Source: Elainellaceae cyanobacterium (GTDB lineage: Bacteria > Cyanobacteriota > Cyanobacteriia > CAZCXK01). From it: a stretch of 30,787 bases of DNA. The translations under genes were made by a program, and so were the position numbers. The notes beneath the pieces are model-generated. The model did not search any database. It saw nothing but the letters and a program-made list of their open reading frames with translations, and was not told the origin of the DNA. The DNA is taken from assembly GCA_051117555.1 (NCBI GenBank), contig JBNPEG010000046.1, positions 1 through 30,787 on the forward strand, written 5' to 3'. Below, in pieces: positions 28,241-30,787 of the stretch. The first letter of the stretch is position 1. Every line of letters starts with the position of its first letter.

Positions 28241-28882
28241 ATGGCACTCTCTATTTCTCAATCCATTTTGTCTGACGTTTGGGTGCAGGCTACTTGGGAT
28301 GACTTTGTCGCTGCTTCCAATGCACCTGAGTATGAAGCAGGTCGGTTCTATTTTGATCAAGACCAGATGAGGATTGAAATGGCACCATTGGGGGCTGGGC
28401 ACGGGCGACAAAATTCTGTCGTGTTGAGGGTCATTGGTCTATTCGCAGCGCTACGCATGATTCGAATTGCGGAGTTTATTAACTGTAGCTTTTACAAAGC
28501 AGGCGAGCGTGGGTGCCAGCCTGATATCGCGTTTTACATGGGTGCTGATTTTCAACTTCCCCCTCAAAATAATGAGCCTGTCTCTGTAGAGGAGTTTGGA
28601 CCACCGACGCTCGTGGTTGAAATCGGGTCGAGTACTCTGAGTGACGATTTGGGTGCAAAGCGATTGCTCTACGAACGTTTAGGTGTCTCTGAATATTGGG
28701 TCGTGGATGTCACCAGTCAGCAGGTGATCGCATTTTCGGTCGCTAATGAATGGAGCGGACAGATTCAAACATCTGAAGTATTACCGGGTCTAGACATCGC
28801 ACTCGTTGAAGAGGCTTTGGAGCGATCGCAATCTGAAGATGACGGCTCCATCACCCGCTGGCTGATGGAGAAATTTGCTTGA
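28241..28882 (+). CDS. Uma2 (DUF820) PD-(D/E)xK family endonuclease
   Basis: EMAP...H, QPDIAF, PTLVVEIG, D...KRLLYERLGVSEYWVVD. Confidence 0.92.
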   Translation: MALSISQSILSDVWVQATWDDFVAASNAPEYEAGRFYFDQDQMRIEMAPLGAGHGRQNSVVLRVIGLFAALRMIRIAEFINCSFYKAGERGCQPDIAFYMGADFQLPPQNNEPVSVEEFGPPTLVVEIGSSTLSDDLGAKRLLYERLGVSEYWVVDVTSQQVIAFSVANEWSGQIQTSEVLPGLDIALVEEALERSQSEDDGSITRWLMEKFA

Positions 28883-29114
28883 GTGCAGGGTTTGACTCAT
28901 GAATTTACCCAGTTGGGAGTGGCAATATATCTAAAACCCACTCTCGGCAAAAAAATTAATTAAATTCCGGCTAAATACCGGAGAATCTGATATTCAATAT
29001 GAAGTTAGCAAAGGACATGCATCTACTAGTTGTAGTTGACCAGTAAAGACAATTTTGGTTGATCCATAGAGCGTCATCATCCGAGACAACTGGCTGGAGG
29101 TACCGAGCAAGGAG

Positions 29115-30182
29115 ATGCTAAAGATATCAAACGATGATCGCAAACAACTCCGTGAGGCCCTAAACTCTGGGTTTCGAAATTACACATCCCTCAAAATATT
29201 CGTTTCAGATAATTTTGAAGACGTTCGCCTCAATGAAATCGCCACGTCACGAGCTACACGAGATGCAGCAGATGATTTAATCGAACATTTTGAAGAATCG
29301 GGGAATATACCAGACCTCATTCTGGCACTGCACAAGGAAAGGCCGCGCAATCCAGAAGTCAAGCAGTTGATGCTTCGACTGCAAGGATTCTTACACCAGC
29401 GGTTTGTGCTAGACCCGGCCTTCGAGGAGAAAATTGATTACCCCTTCGAGTTGCCAACAGCATATGAAGATGTACAGCTCGAAGCCTTCCTGCCACGGCA
29501 ATTCTCCTATGAGGCAGATGTGGGGAAACTAAAGCGAGGTCTTCAGCTAGCGAACGCAGTTTGTAAAGTGTCTTTTACTGATTGTGATAGGACTGGCACT
29601 GGCGTCTTGGTTGCACCTGATTTGGTGTTGACAAATTACCATGTCTTGAGTTCACAGGTCATAGAGGAGCGATCGCAACTCGCAGAAAAGGCTAAAACCC
29701 TGATATTTGAGTTTGGTTTTGTGAGTCAAGAGCATAATTCTCTTGTTAGCCCTGATACCTTCGCTGTCGAAACAACTGAACCACTTGTCGCTTACAGCCC
29801 ACCTCACAAATTGGACTACGCCTTATTGCGGGTTGAATCTAGAATCACTGATGCTCAGTACATCACCCCTATACCCACTTTGTCCCTGCTCTCTCCACTG
29901 TCCCCTAGGGATGGGCTAAATGTTTTGCAACACCCTCAAGGGAATGTAATGCAAGTGTCTCTTAGTGCCAGCGGCGTGGTGCAAACGGATGTAAGTCGCG
30001 GGCGTGTATGGTACGTCAACCGAACCCAGGGAGGATCTAGTGGTTCCCCTTGCTTTAGCAATGATTGGAACTTGGTCGCACTGCATCATGCGTCAATGTC
30101 TCGTGGCTTTGGCAGCGTTCGGGAAGGAATTCTATTGCCATCCATTTGTGCTGAAATTTCAGAATTTTTGAGTGAGGTTTAA
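29115..30182 (+). CDS. EAD1 (effector-associated domain 1) fused to a trypsin-like serine protease
   Basis: N-terminus RKQLREAL.SGF...RLNEIA...LIEHFEESGNI.DLI.AL..ERPRNP resembles EAD1; intact triad LTNYHV / DYALL / GGSSGSP; AAGGAG RBS. Confidence 0.88.
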   Translation: MLKISNDDRKQLREALNSGFRNYTSLKIFVSDNFEDVRLNEIATSRATRDAADDLIEHFEESGNIPDLILALHKERPRNPEVKQLMLRLQGFLHQRFVLDPAFEEKIDYPFELPTAYEDVQLEAFLPRQFSYEADVGKLKRGLQLANAVCKVSFTDCDRTGTGVLVAPDLVLTNYHVLSSQVIEERSQLAEKAKTLIFEFGFVSQEHNSLVSPDTFAVETTEPLVAYSPPHKLDYALLRVESRITDAQYITPIPTLSLLSPLSPRDGLNVLQHPQGNVMQVSLSASGVVQTDVSRGRVWYVNRTQGGSSGSPCFSNDWNLVALHHASMSRGFGSVREGILLPSICAEISEFLSEV

Positions 30183-30186
30183 GAGA

Positions 30187-30606
30187 ATGAGTCGCCGTAT
30201 TCATTGGTATGCCTATGAAGCGAATGAACCTGATGCAAAAATTGATGGTTATTTTGATCGAGTGCTAAAGTACATTCCGGCTGATGTTGTGGGTCTATGG
30301 TTGACGGGCAGTGGTTTAATTCAAAGTCAAGTCGAGGACGCCTCACGGGTAACCTTACTCTGGTTGCTATTTATAGCAGGTTTATTGCTCTCATTCTTCT
30401 GGACTCGTAAACAAACGGCAGAAGCCCAAAAGCCAACGGCCTGGCGGCAAATCCTCTTATCCTGTGGGTCATTTATTGTATGGGTATTCGCAATCGGGGG
30501 GCCTTTTGCTGAATCAAATTTGTATGAACCATTATATGGTTCGCTTCTATTGTTGATTTACACGTCTGCAATTCCCTTATTGCCTCCTCCTGCACACCAG
30601 CAATAA
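30187..30606 (+). CDS. Small 4-TM membrane protein (KYIPADVV motif)
   Basis: ATG 4 nt after the protease stop; four hydrophobic segments. Confidence 0.8.
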   Translation: MSRRIHWYAYEANEPDAKIDGYFDRVLKYIPADVVGLWLTGSGLIQSQVEDASRVTLLWLLFIAGLLLSFFWTRKQTAEAQKPTAWRQILLSCGSFIVWVFAIGGPFAESNLYEPLYGSLLLLIYTSAIPLLPPPAHQQ

Positions 30607-30612
30607 ATTGAA

Positions 30613-30744
30613 ATGATGAATTGGTCAGGGCCAAATCAAGGAAAGCTACGGAAAACGTTGCTAGACTCATATCTTGCACCTGGTAATTTGAACTTCAATT
30701 CCCTGCTGTTGCAACAAGGAACGTTTTCGTTCGATATCGGCTAA
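30613..30744 (+). pseudogene. 43-codon ORF resembling the start of a second EAD1-like domain, truncated
   Basis: MMNWSGPNQGKLRKTLLDSY..., 6 nt after the 4TM stop; similarity fades after about 26 codons. Confidence 0.45.
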
Positions 30745-30787
30745 CAACAGTGTCACTAAAACATCTGCCAAAGCGGCTTCTAGCACT

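Noticed and set aside
2718..30679. Remaining short overlapping or antisense ORFs in the track
   Set aside because: They lie inside well-supported genes and lack motifs.
1..30787. DGR template repeat or reverse transcriptase within the window
   Set aside because: No second copy of the VR-like segment and no RT ORF were seen.

Overview
Cyanobacterial chromosomal window; the HIP1 octamer GCGATCGC is frequent through the central part. Left end (1-5280) is AT-richer: the 3' tip of an ISAs1-like element truncates the last gene of a three-gene secreted/membrane TPR cluster. The centre is mostly housekeeping: GH63 glycosidase, LysR, gamma-tocopherol methyltransferase, ktrB/ktrA, anmK, an atzG/atzE-RidA-FAD oxidase operon, murF, a P450, a subtilase, a Zur-boxed metal ABC ATPase, petR/petP-like genes and tRNA-Glu. 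Downstream of the tRNA is an accessory block. It holds an FGE-sulfatase (CLec) pseudogene whose 3' end looks like a diversity-generating retroelement (DGR) variable region with no RT or template in the window, a Uma2 nuclease, and an EAD1-trypsin + 4TM + EAD1-remnant operon that may be a conflict system. Other points of interest are a highly structured ~250-nt non-coding segment near 7.0-7.26 kb, an unannotated Arg-rich small ORF divergent from the LysR, and a CRP class-II-like promoter. All calls are by eye; no searches or folding programs were run.
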